Of a stretch of 64,000 bases of DNA, positions 1 through 13,100 are shown in pieces. The notes below the pieces were generated by a model. It ran no database searches and had not been told where the DNA came from. It worked only from the letters and a program-made list of their open reading frames with translations. Source of the stretch: Priapulus caudatus (taxonomy: Eukaryota). Every line of letters starts with the position of its first letter. The first letter of the stretch is position 1. Both the position numbers and the translations under genes were made by a program. The DNA lies in contig NW_014577061.1 in NCBI RefSeq assembly GCF_000485595.1, positions 1,202,789-1,266,788 of the forward strand, given 5' to 3'.

Positions 1-742
1 GGGGGGGGGGGGCAACCCCTGCTCACCTTGCCGAAACATGGAATTTTTCCTATCAAATTATCTAAAATATCCATATAATTTCCTAACCAAGATGCCAAAC
101 AATCAAGAAAGAGGATGTATAATCTCATGGTAATGATATAAAATTTCATAGTATATTAAATATGTAACATGTTTCGAAAATATAACGTGAGAAATGTTGT
201 ACGATAGCGCCCTGGCTCAAAGGATGTTAGGCATTTTGCACAACTGGATATTTTTAGCTCGCCTTGCAGGGTTCTCCAAGCTTTTTCATTATAGCAGGGG
301 GGTGTTGCTGCCTTTACGTCACTAGTTGCCAAATTGCCAAAGGCGGTTGCATGTAGGGGGTTCGGGCTAATGATATTTTAGCATGTGGCTTGATATTTAG
401 AGTGGCGGGTGCATTTTAGCATGGCGGCGCTCGACGATAGCCTGGCGGGCCGCCAGGCTATTAAGTGCTCTTTTCGGACGACCCTGCCTTGACATCGTCA
501 AAGATGAACTATTTTGCCATGGTGTGTGTCGTCTGTCGTCGTCAACATTGGCTATGCTAAGTCAACAGATCACTCTAGAACCAATAGGCTATGAAATTTT
601 TTTATCATTACCATGAGATTCTACATCCTCTTTCTTGATTGTTTGGCATCTTGGTTAGGAAATTATATGGATATTTTAGATAATTTGATAGGAAAAATTC
701 CATGTTTGGGCAAGGTGAGCAGGGGATGCACCCCGCCCCCCC
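1..742. repeat. ~150-bp inverted duplication (1-151 vs 589-742)
   Basis: gctcaccttgccgaaacatggaatttttcctatcaaatta...aaatttcatag is the near-perfect reverse complement of ctatgaaattt...caaggtgagc. Confidence 0.8.
267..486. mobile_element. Non-autonomous CAGGG-ended DNA transposon, 5-bp TSD
   Basis: Ends cagggtt...accctg, with ccttg on both flanks. It interrupts a TTTTTAGCTC...(GTC)n HINE-like head that starts at ~251. Confidence 0.65.
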
Positions 743-1262
743 GAGGGGGGGACTCCCTACAAAATAGGGTAGGTATGTGCCACTTGAGAGATGGAACTGG
801 GGGGCTCCGGTACTAACAGCACATCAAAATGGGGGGTCTCTGGAACTAGGGTTTGCTGGAAAGCATGATGCTCCGGAACTGGACATGTTTGCGAGAAGGG
901 GTTTCCGGAACATGCGGAAAAAAAGTAGGACATATGCGCAGATGGAAAATATGTAAAAAAGGGGTCTCCGGAATGGGAAATATGTAAAAAGAGGTCTCCG
1001 GAATTGGAAATATGTAAAAAGGGGGTCTCCGGTGCGGAAAATGTAGACCTATGCTCCGAGACGAGAAATATGTGAAAAGGGGGGTCTCCGTAACTGGAAA
1101 TAGTTGAAAAGGGGGGTCTCCGGTGAGGAAAAAGTAGGATCTATGCTCCGGGACAGGAAATATGTGAAAAGGGGGTCTCCGGTGCGGAAATTTTGAGGTG
1201 AAAGGGGTCATAACCGCGGCACATACCTACCATGCAATATATAGGGAGAGCCCCCCCTCGGG
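740..1262. mobile_element. MITE with internal ~30-bp tandem units
   Basis: Imperfect TIRs cccgagggggggactccc...ggtaggtatgtgcc / ggcacatacctacc...gggagagccccccctcggg. Internal repeats of ggggtctccgga..ggaaatatgtaaaaa. Confidence 0.7.
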
Positions 1263-1480
1263 GGTTCCACAAACTTGGAATTCATAGTCATAGGCCAGGA
1301 GCAGGGTGCTCAAGGATAGAGCCTATTGATGTCCAGTAATAAACATCATCTCTATCCTTGAACCGGCCAGGGTATCAACAGTTATATCATCAGAAAGAGT
1401 TCCTATATCAGTAATGAGATGCAGGAAAGGAAGACTTGCGAGCTGCACTCCTTACTGAAATTTCAAAATATCATGTGTAC

Positions 1481-2193
1481 CTTGTCTGAAGCTGGAGAGT
1501 AGAATCCTGGAACTGTCGTTGGATTGATGGCAGTTTTCTTTGTGGTCTGTATAGTGATCGTCGATTTCGGTTCAGTGCGGATGTGACTGGTGCCAACATG
1601 CTCCTTCTCTAGTTGATACGTGAGCGCTAGAACCTTGATGTCGACCGCTGAGAGGGATCGGTAATCTCCAGTCTTTTTCGAGAAATCAGTCACTATAAAA
1701 GCAAATTACAATTGAGCGTTTAAAACATCAGAGCTCTTGAAATAAAGCAGATTTGCCAAAATTGCATTTCTAATGGTGGATTGTGTATGGTTATTATGCC
1801 GAAAGATGCAAAACATTAACAATGAATGTATGGCACTGCTGAACACTAAACATTTCTGGATAACCAGCACGTTTAAAACTATTATAGCAATCATATTATC
1901 CTTCATATATATTCTTGATCATGCTGTATAGTTAAACTATTTAATGGCTATTGTTAAGATTAAAATCAATACTTTGGTTATCTAATACAAAACTTCATAT
2001 ATTCAAACAAGGAGGACTACTTTTCAAACTAATTCTTTGTTACAAAACTAGTGAAATCACCAAATTTGATGGCTTCCTGTGACGGCTGACGAAAATGGAG
2101 TTCATATGAGAGCACTTGAAGATTCTGTCTTGTTGCCTTATCTCGAATTTCACTGACTACCTCAGCAATGCTGTAGATATTATTACCAATATC
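1481..2193 (-). CDS. NOB1: RNA-binding protein NOB1 (PIN-domain 20S pre-rRNA endonuclease), partial: two exons
   Basis: Exons 2193-2061 (DIGNNIYSIAEVVSEIRDKATRQNLQVLSYELHFRQPSQEAIKF) and 1692-1481 (VTDFSKKTGDYRSLSAVDIKVLALTYQLEKE...). AG/GT borders with a matching phase-1 junction. Matches the NOB1 motifs E-I-R-D and FSKKTGDYxSLSxxDIxVLALTYQLE. First exon not found (probably in gap 3378-3387); downstream exons lie left of the window. Confidence 0.93.
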
Positions 2194-3602
2194 CTAGAAA
2201 ATATAGACAGTAATGCTTATTAAATTATTTACAATACAAAACACATACGTGTTATTTCATTTTGAATAGTCTATTACCATATAGACTATTATTTTTTATC
2301 ACTTTTGCTGGAAGTATAACAGCCTCAGTGGCTCAGTGACTAGGCAGTGCCCAACAAGCTCATGTTTTAGCTTGTAGGTTGCCAGTTAAATCACTAGTCA
2401 GGTTAATGACTTAATTATCTCAATATATAAAAACCTAACTCTGTAAATTAAGAACTCTTAAATCCTCGTGGCTTAGAAAACCACATAAAATGACTGGCAC
2501 ATCTAGAGTAACAAGAAGATAAAAGAACAACTAAGGACATAAAAACCAGGTTCTTGTACTGACCACCTTCAGTATCGCTGACAATAATCCTAAGTATGAT
2601 AAAGGCTATTGACCGAACATGCCTCGAAAAAGAGCTAAATATGAATTTATTGTGCTATGGGCAGGTTTAAATATTTGGCTGGGTATTGCAGTAAATTAGG
2701 CCTGTACGATAACTCTGCAGGAACAATGTGAGTTTTACAACTCGGTACCATCTCCCCAATTTTGATCAGCACAACAATCAGCACGGGCAACAATTACCGG
2801 TCAACGTTGTCCCCTAAGGAGAAGATCAAGCTGTGCTGTTACGAAGTGTGCATGCTACGAATGCCCTAAATCAAAACTTGTGGGTCCACCCCCTTAAATT
2901 CATGTTGCCTATTAAGACGCAGACTCGGAGCACTGCACTGGCAGTATGGCAGTGACAATGACTATATCGCATTGACAGTGTGAAAGTGTGGATGTTGTAC
3001 CCAAACTTGGAACAGCCCTCGATACTAACGGTTGTCCGATTGCCCGGGACAAGTTATTCTCTTGGCTAGTTGCCCGATCAGACAACTAAATGAAAGTGTC
3101 AATGACACTGTAGCTCACCTTGGGTGTGATAGAAGAGAGAGGGGGGATATCATATATAAAGCAAGAGTATGTATATGGAAGAAACTCCCATTATATCTCC
3201 CATTATATACTCTTGATAATGATATATGCATAAGTTTTAATGCGAAAATAAATGTTTCAGATCTGACTCTGAAATCTTGACGAGAGATGGTGATACGCCT
3301 AAATGATCGCCATTTTGATTTTCGAATATCGTGCAAATAAAAACAATAAAATATTCCAGTCAAATTAGTGTAACGAANNNNNNNNNNTTATCAGTCTTGG
3401 AAATTAGTCTGCAAATCTTGATTTCTACTATATTACCTAGCAAAATCGATATATATTACTATTAGCTATTAAATTCTTGCTCAAAAGTGAATTACAAATA
3501 CAAGTCTATGGTTGGATGATGGGCTGCAGTGCTATTTCCAGTAGTGGTGTAATGTGATAGTGCTGCATTGCCCGACCTGTTGGCCGCTGGCTATATGTTT
3601 AG

Positions 3603-3960
3603 GCAGTGGATATTTGACCGTATACGGCAGGGTATCCACTTCCGCTATTTAATCATACACCACATTTGATTGGCTAGTATATTTGTGACGTCATAAACAT
3701 TACGTTCGAATCCCATACGGTTTAGCTATCTAGAAAACTTAGGTTCAAATCCCATTTATTTCTACACATTTGTAGCCTCGTTTGATCATAGAAGCTATTT
3801 TCCGTGAATCACGTTTCCAATACGAAACCTTTTGAACACATTCATAAATTAATAACATACATATATATACACATACATAAATATACTAGCCGATCAGAAG
3901 TACTGTACGGTAAAATAGCAGAAGTGGATACTCTGCCGTATACGGTTAAATAGCCACTGC
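3603..3960. mobile_element. MITE with ~48-bp TIRs
   Basis: gcagtggatatttgaccgtatacggcagggtatccacttccgctattt pairs with aaatagcagaagtggatactctgccgtatacggttaaatagccactgc. Confidence 0.75.
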
Positions 3961-4186
3961 GATATATTTATTACATAAATTTTGTTTAGGGCATCTCAGT
4001 TTAATCAATGTTGGCTACTTGCAATGCTATATAGTTGTACTATACTCTTATTAATGTTAGAATACAATTTGTGTCAGTAGACATTCCATCTAGCCATATT
4101 TGCTCCATTTGGGGGGGGGGAGGGAGTTTATAAATGAATAATTTGAACACAATGAAAATAATTTAAATTATATAACAAATTTACAG

Positions 4187-7100
4187 CCACCAAAAAAGAA
4201 GAAGAGTGGGAAAAAGAAGAAATCTGCCAAAGCATCTGGTGCAATATCTATTATCGATGGCGTCATTACTTCAGAGATGTCAAAGGCCGAGGTAATTTAA
4301 TATTTGTAAATATGGATTACAATATAAACTTAGTTTATTATGCAGGTGATTAATAGCACTGTATAATAATATGGTATATTTCATAGTAATGTACAATAAT
4401 GATGTAAAACAATGCAGACGCTTGGCCTACCCTTTTCCCAGCTGTGACCCCACTGGAGAAATAAGTTTGTATACTTGTATTTGTAGATATACTAGAGCAT
4501 CGTCATTAACGATGGGCAATACAATCTTGACGGCAATGCAAGTTATAAATGTTGACACATACTAAATCTTTACCCTAATAGTAATACTAATAGTGATTAT
4601 GGGGTTCTAATCTATTAACGTGGCATAAATTAAGTTGAAATTATGACATTATATAGTTAGAGGACCATGTCGTACGACTCAAAGAAGAGTTGGACCGGGA
4701 GAGAGAGGAAAGGAATTTTTTTCAACTGGAACGAGACAAGATCAACACATTTTGGGAGATTACTAAGAGACAGTGTGATGAAAAAAAAGCCGAGCTGCGC
4801 AACAAAGACCGTGAAATGGAGGATGCAGAGGAACGCCACCAGGTGGAAATTAAAGTAAGTTATTAAGTAGTAATTGGAGGAACAAGAAGCTAAAGAAGTA
4901 TGATACAGTAAGTTGACCATGATGGAAGATAATCAGGAACAATATAGCGATACTTGAATATTAAACTGATTATATTTGTTTTTATGCAAAATACATTTTT
5001 CCTGCAGGAGAATATCGTTTAGTGTGGAACATACACATTATCACTCAAGTGTGTGGGTGTGTGCCCTCAATGTGCATGTCTGTGAATCAGTATCACAGAA
5101 TAATGTGAGTGTGTGCGTGTGCTATGGTAGGTATGCACCTATATGTGATGTTGTATCTAGCTTGGCTTTTGTTTTTGTGCAGGTGTACAAGCAGAAGATT
5201 AAGCATCTTCTGTACGAGCATCAGAACAGCATCAGTGAGTTGCGAGCGGAGGAAGCCATCAAGATGAAGCTGGCACACAACGAGTTCCAGACGAGTGAGA
5301 CTGAATTAGTGGGGGAGAAGCAGAAGTTGAAGACAGACATCAAAGAGCAAGAGCTGAGCCATGAGGACATCATTAAGAACCAAAAACTTGTACGTTCCTT
5401 AGTACAATTTTCTGTCATGTGATATACAATTCTTCATGAACACTTTTACTTTCTTCTTTACTTGCGTTGATCTGGCTTGGCTCTTCAATTTATTGACACT
5501 GTGTTATAGAGGTTGTCTTTCCTGATGCCATTGGAGAAGGAATAGTAACATTTTATAGTGTCTCTATGATCTGTGTTCTATATATTCAGTGTCTCATTGA
5601 ACTAAATCTTTCCCTATTGCACTATTAATCCTCAATATTATGTCTAACATTTCCCTTCACTAGCAGTGCTGCACATTTCTGTGCTCGTTCATTGCTGACC
5701 CTCTTATGGCTCTGTCATGACTACCTCTCTTCCTGCTTCCTTACCTGCACCAATAACCCTTCCCCTGCACTTACTGTGCTGGTTCTCCCCACGGTCATAC
5801 ACCAGTAACTTGGTCTTCCCCTGCCCTAGCGCCACTAAACCCTCCCCTCTCACAACCTCACTACTCCTTCCATATCCTAGCCTCACTAATTCCCTCCTTT
5901 TTCTAACTTGATTAATTTTCTCCTTTCCCTAGCCCTATACCCCTACCATGCCCTTGCCTCACTAACCCCCTCCCAAGCCCTTCACCATTCCCTCCCATGC
6001 CCTTGCCTCACTAACCCCCTTCTAAGCCCTTCACCATTTCCTCCCATGCCCTTGCCTCACTAACCCCCCCCCCTCAGCCCTTGCTTCACTAACCCCCTCC
6101 CAAGCCCTTGCCTCACCAACCCCTTCCCCTTTCATAACTTCACTAATCCCGCTACCATCACATTTTGCTCACTAATCCCTCCCCCCCCCCCAGCCAGCCC
6201 TTGGCCTCCCCGAACGGCCCTTCCCTTTAATAACTCACTAATGCCTTCCGACACAGTTAAGCCCTCACTAATTCCGCTCCGTTTCCTAACTCATTAATTC
6301 CTCGTCTTTCCCTAGCCTCAAACCCGAATCTCTCGGCCATCCGGTACGGTCACCTGAACCCCTCCCCCTCGGCCAGCCCTTGCCTCATACACGCTCCGTT
6401 CGAACCCTTGCCTTCACTAACCCTGTCTTCCAAGCCCTTTCCTCACAACCTCCCTCCCAACCCCTTACGTCACCACGCCTCCTCCCTCGCCAAGCCGCTT
6501 GCCTACTAACCTGGTCCGCGTCCGAATCGCCTCACCTCACGTAACTCCCTCCCTGAAGCCCTCCGCTCACAACCCCGCTCCCAAAGCCGATTAGCCGCTC
6601 ACTTAACCTCGGGCTCCCAAGCCCTTTACGTGTCAGCCAACCCCGGTCGCCGTCCTCGCCAACCCACATCCGTCAAGCTAACCCCCAAAAGCGCCCTGCG
6701 TCGAACTAACGCCCGCGCGCCAAGCCCCTGCCTCAGCTAACCGCCCTCCCAAGCCCTCCTCAAATAACCCCCCGCGAGAGCGCGCGCGTCACTAAACTCT
6801 GTCTTTCCAACGCCCTCATCCTCACTACCCCCTCCAAAGTCCCTGCCGTTCTGACTAACTAGGCGGCCTCTTCCGGAAGCCGCTCAGTCCTCAACTAACT
6901 CCCCTCTCCAGAAGCCCTTGTGCTCACTCGGACTGCTTCTCTGTCTCAAGATCCTTCACCGTCACTAAAGCTCCCTCTTCCGAAGCCCTTGCCTTCACCC
7001 GATTAACCCCTGTTCTCATTTAATTCCCACATCTGCCTCACTAAACCCCGCCAAAGTCCCTGTCTGCCTGTAAATGTCTCCTAAACCCCCGCCTCCCAAG

Positions 7101-10100
7101 CCCTGCCCCACTAACGCCCATACTCCCACGAAGCCGGCGCGCCAGCGCCCCCTCACTAACTTCCGCCCTCGATTCATGAAGCCCTCTGCCACTCAACAAC
7201 TTGCCCTTCTCCAAGTCCTCTTGCCTCATATAGACGCTCGTCCTCAAAGCTCCTGCCCTCACTAAGCTCCCTCCTCCAAATGCCGCTGTTTGCGCTCACT
7301 AACTCCCCCTCCCAAATGCCGCTTTGCGCTATCACTAATCGCCCCTCTCAAGTCCCTCACCTCGCTTCACTAACTCGCCCCTTCCATAACTCTGCCTCAC
7401 TATACGTCCTTCCCAGCCTCACCTGCCTCACCTAACCCCAACACCACACAAAGTCCACCCACAGCTCTTGCAACCCCCCAAATCTCACTCACACCACAGC
7501 TCCACAGCAACCAACCCCAAAGAGCGCACACCCGGGCGCACACAGCCCCCACCTAAACCCCCCCGATCCAAAGCACTCTGCCCTCGCTTCGCACTAACGC
7601 CGCCCCCGTCGCCTGCAGAGCCCTCTGCCTCACTAACGCGGCCGCCCGGGCCCCTCCCAAGGTCCCCTGCTCGTCACTTTAATCTCTCTCCGCTCCCCAA
7701 GCTCTCAGCTCCGTCATCCTAACTCCTCACTCTCCACCATCCTCCCCGCCACCTCCAACCTTATACTCCCCCTGCCGCCCCTCCCAAGCCCTTGCCTCAC
7801 TAACCCCCTCCCCTCAGCCCTTGCCTCACTAACCCCCTCCAAAGCCCTTGCCTCACTAACCCCCCTCCCCCTTCCTCCTCCTCCTGCAGAAGCAGCACTC
7901 GGAGATGACGGTCATGCGGCGCGACTTTGAGAACCAGATGCGTGACGTCGAGACGAAGTATGAGCGGCGTACGCGGGCGCTGCGCGACGAGCTCGACCTG
8001 CGGCGGCGCACCGAGATGCACGAGGTCGAGGAGCGCAAGAACTGCCAGATCAACACGCTCATGAAGAACCACGAGAAGGCGTTCAGCGACATCAAGAACT
8101 ACTACAACGACATCACGCTCAACAACCTGGCGCTCATCAACACGCTGAAGGTGCGAATCGAATGCAGTCGTGGATTGCTGTGCATACTGGCCTGTCTGCC
8201 GAGCGCGGTTAAAGGGCAGCTCTGGCCAATAACACGCTGAAGGTGCGAATTGAATGCAGTCGCAGCCACTGTGCGTACTGGTTTGCTACCCGGGCGCGGT
8301 TAAAGGGCAGCTCTGGTCAATAACACGTTGAAGGTGCGTATCGAATGAAATCATGGCTGCGGTGCATACTGGCCTGCCTGCCAGGCATGGTTGTCGGGCA
8401 ACTCTGGCCAATAACACGCTGAAGGTGCGTATTGAATTCAGTCGTGTGAAGGTGCGAATTAAATGCAGTCGCAGCTGCTGTGTGCACTGGCCTGCCTGCC
8501 GGGCGTGGTTTTTGGGCAGCTCTGGCCAATAACATGCTAAAGGTATGTGGGTCGTCTGTCTGGCCTCGTGTCGAGTGGCCCGGTGAATTAATCGGGACAG
8601 CCGTGTGACTGACCTGCCTGCCTGGCATGGTTGATTGGCAGCTCTGGCCAATCAGCATTTTGAGGACGTTTTAGAAACGTGCTTAGTAACAACATGCAAC
8701 TAGGCTGACGCTTTGGAGGGGAAAACGTGCTCACACGTGTACTAAGTGGGGTGTGCTTGAGGTGTCGAAGCATCAAATGTGGTTATCGTCATCAACATCT
8801 TCGGTATACTCTGCACATGGACCTTTTTGCATGATTCTGCATGGGCTTAGGGGAGGTATTGCCAGGGCACTTGGGAAATCTAGTGGAAATCTTGGGAAAT
8901 CTTGGAAACCGGGGATGTTGCGGCCAACTGAGATTTTTGCAGCAGCTTCTCTTGCACTTTCAGGAGCAAGTGGAAGAGCTGAAGAAGCGGGAGGAGCGGA
9001 TGGAGAAGCAGGTCGCCGAGGTGACGCTGGAGAACAAGCACCTGAAGGAGCCGCTGCACACCGCGCAGCAGCAGGTGCAGGAGCTGCAGAAGCAGCTGTC
9101 CAACTACGACAAGGACAAGGCGTCGCTCGCCAGCTACAAGGCACGCCTCAAGGTCGCCAACGAGCAGCTGAAGGCCTTGGAGTGGGAGCACGAGGTGCTG
9201 GAGCAGCGCTTTGAGAAGGTAGCCGCGCGCGTGAGAATGAATCGGTGAAGCGTCCGCTTGGTTAACTCGCTCGCGCGTCGAGCGAGGAGGATGGAGGAGA
9301 GTGCGGGTGACAAGAATGGTGTTACTTGGGGTGTTCGTTGTAAAACACTCTGTGAGAATGTATCTGTTGAGGGAAAACTTTGGGAGGATAATGCGTGCGC
9401 ACACTAACAATGTTGTGCAGTGCTGAGCGGATTCCCCCCCCCCTCACTCCTTCCAGGATCAAACTCTAGTAAGCAGCCAAATCTATGGAATCCGAATGGC
9501 CTTTTGTATAGAAGGGACACTTTTGGAATTTTCTTTGAGTGACCCTCGTATACAGGTTTGACCGAGTACTTTGCATAAATACATGCTGAGCATGCAGGAG
9601 ACTCGGCATTTCCCTTGAGTGACCCAGGGGTACAAATGAACTTTTGAACACGGGAGTCCAACCCTAACCCTACCCTCCAAAAAAAATTTCCTTTGGACAT
9701 TAGCTGAAAAAATATGGTCATTCCGCAAGGCCGTGCTCCGGAACGAATTAGTTAGTATGACAGAATTTTCAGGGAGTGACACGGGGACTCCTGCATATGT
9801 CAAATCAGGGAGTCCGACAGTAAATCAGGGAGTATTTGACTCCGGACTCCTGTTAATTTCGCACCCTCTGGACCTTTATACGGGTTTTACGAAGTATTTT
9901 GTGAAAGTACATGCTGAGGAGGTAGGACACTTGACATTTCCCTTGAGCGACTCTTATACAGGGCTCCCTTGGTTATTTTAAAGTTTGAGCCAAAACTTAA
10001 AAGCCACTAAAGTTAATTTTTAGCCACCAATAAAAAGCTATAGCCACTGTTCACTTTATCATATGTGCTAAGCAAGGACACGTGGGTACCAAGGTGAGAT

Positions 10101-13100
10101 AGACTAAAGCAGGTGGATGACAGAGTGGTACAAAGAGTGGGTACTAAACCAGGTGGTAACACAGGTGGGAAAATAGCACAAGGTGGTACAGGTGGTACTA
10201 CCAGCAAGGTAGGTCACAGGTGAGAAATACTACACAAAAATAAAGAGGTGGTACAGGTGGGTACTTACTGACACACAGGTGGTAAAGTGAGTCCAGGTGA
10301 GTACTACAAAACAGGTGGTACAGGTGGTAGCAAGGTTGGAGTAGTAACGCAGGTGGTACAAGGTGAGATTAGATTGGATACAGCGTGGTACTACACAGGT
10401 AGGTAAAGAGGTACAAGGTGGGATAACTACACAGGTGGTAACAAAGGAATGTACAGAGTAAGATATAACAGGATGGTACAGGTGAGTACGGTGAGAAAAA
10501 TACTAAACAGGTGGTACAGGTGAAGTACGACACAAAAAAAAAAAAGAAAAAGAACAGGCTGGTACAGGTGAGTACTACAAACAGGTGCGTAACAGGTGAG
10601 ATACTAACAAACAGGTGGTACAGGTAGTACTACAGCAGGTGGATAAAGGTAGTAAATACAAAACGGTGAGTACAAGGTGGTTACTAAAGGTGAGTACTAC
10701 AAGAGGTTGGTAGCAGGATGAGAATACTACAACAGGTGGTACAAGGTAGAGTATAAACAGCGACGGGTGGTACAAAGGTGGTACAGGTGTACAGGTGAGT
10801 ACTAACAACAGGATGGTTACAGGTGAGTACTGACAGACAGGTGGTGACAGGTGAGTCACTACACAGAGTGGATACAGGGTGAGTACTACACAGGTGGTAG
10901 CAAGGTGAGTAACTAACACGAGGTGGTACAAGGTGAGTACTACAACAGGTGGTACAGGATGGATTACAGGTGGTACAGGTGAGTACTAAACAGTGGTACA
11001 GGTGAGTATAGCACAGGTGGTACGAGGTGAAGTACTACACAGGGGTGGTACAAGGATGAGTAACTACACAGGGTGAATAGCAGGTGAGTAGTACAACAGG
11101 TGGTTGACAGGATGAGTACTACAAACAGGGTGGCGGGTGAGTACTAAGCAGGTGGTACGGGGTGAGTAGTAGCAACAGGGGCTGGTAGAAGGTGAGTGGC
11201 GGTACACAGGTGGTACAGTGTGGTACAGGTGGGTAGCTGAGAGCACAGGGTGGTGCAGGTGGTAGCAAGGTGAGTTACTAACACAGGTGGTAGCAGGTGA
11301 GTACTACAACGGAGAGGTGGATACAGAGATGGTAACACAGATGGGTACTACAACAGGTATGGTACAGGTGAGTAACTACACATGGTGGTAAGACAGGTGG
11401 ATAACAGGTGAGTACATACAACAGGTGAGGTACACGGTGAGAATACTACAACACAGGTGTAACAAAGGTGGTAGCAAGAGGTTAGAGTACTACACAGAGG
11501 TGGTACAAAAGGTGAGTAACTAAGCACGCAGGATGAGTACAGGTGGATAGCTACACAAGGTGGTAGCCAGGTAGATAAACTACGACAGGTTTGGTACAGG
11601 TGTAACAAGAAAGGTAGGTACATCACAGGTTTGGTACAACGGTGGTAACAGGATGGGTACTACACAAGGATGATACAGGTGGTACAGGATGTACAGGATG
11701 AGTAAACTACACAGGGTGGTCCAAAAAGGTGGGATATAACCCCAGGATGGTACAAAGGGTGAGTTACTAACACAGGTGGTCGCAAGGTGGGGTACAGAGT
11801 GAGTACTAGCACAGGATGGATACAGGATGAGTAACTACACAGAGTAGGTAGCAGGTGGGTATACACAGATGTGGTAACAGCGTATAGGGTAAAGGTGGAG
11901 AAATACTTAATAACAAACAGGATGGTACAAAGGTGGTTCACAAAGAGTGGGATCATAACACAAGGTGGTACAGGTGGTACAAGGGCTGCGATACAGGTGA
12001 GAACTACAATCAGGTGGTACAGAGTAGAGATACTATCACAGGTATGGTAACATAGGTAGGTGCAGGATGGGTAGCTACACAGGTGGTAACAAGCGGTGGT
12101 AAGCAGAGTGGGTATAACACGGATGGTACAAAGTGGCTACAGAAATAAGAGTAGGTACAATGGTGAGTTAAGCTTACAGAACACAGGTGGACAAAGGTGA
12201 GTAGCTACACAGGTGGTACAGGTGGTAGCAGGTGGGTAGCTACACAAAACAGAGATCGGTAGCGAGGAATGGTACAAAGGATGGGTACTAACACAGAGTA
12301 GTAAACAAAAGGTGTACAGGTGGGTATACACAGGTGATAGCAGGTGAGATATACACAGGATCGGTACAGTGTGGTAGCAGAGTGGAGTACTACACAGGTT
12401 GAGGTACAGGATGGTAGCAGTGGGTAGCATACACAGGCTGGTACAGTGAGTCTACACAAGGTGGTTAGCAGGTTTGGTAAGCAAGGTGAGGATACTACAC
12501 AGCCGTGGAATAGCGAAGGTGGGTAACTACAACAGGTTGGTACAGAGTGAGGATACTAGGACACAGGTGAATAACAGGTGAGTACTACCAGGTGGTCAGG
12601 TGGTACGTACACAAGGTGTAGGAGAGATGAGTACAGGTGAGTACTACAACAGGTGGTAGCAGGTAGAGATAGCTACACAGGTGGTACAGGTTAGTACTCA
12701 GATCAGAGTGGGTACAGGTGAGTACTACCAGCAGGTGGTACAGGTTGAGATAGCTACACAGGTGGTACAGGGTGAGCTAGGCTACCACACAGGTGGTTAC
12801 AGGTGGGTACTAAACAGACAGGTGGTAACACGAGTGAGTACGACATGGACGAAAGAGCTACAGGTTGAGAGCTGAGCAGTGGGTATCTACGTCGACACCT
12901 GAATTACTGCACAGTCAGGTGAACTACTTGCTCAAAACACCTGCATATAAAAGCAGGGGTACGGCACAATGAGCGTTCAGCCACGCTTGCGGGCGAAATG
13001 CGATAAAATAAAGTAACAGTGGCAATTTTATTGCATTAAAGTGGGCGATAACATTATGGCAAATGGTTTCAGCTGCATCAAAAAAATTAGCGATTGGATA

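Noticed and set aside
846..1211. 121-aa repetitive ORF
   Set aside because: It comes from the internal tandem units of a MITE.
2321..2402. tRNA or tRNA-derived SINE-like stretch
   Set aside because: The A/B boxes are degenerate and no cloverleaf can be built, so it is too weak to call.
3432..3445. RFX X-box-like attacctagcaaa upstream of ciliary GAS8
   Set aside because: It has several mismatches to consensus and the TSS is unknown.
10013..12875. Many C/T/V/L/P-rich ORFs
   Set aside because: They are products of the noisy 24-bp array and show no coding signal.
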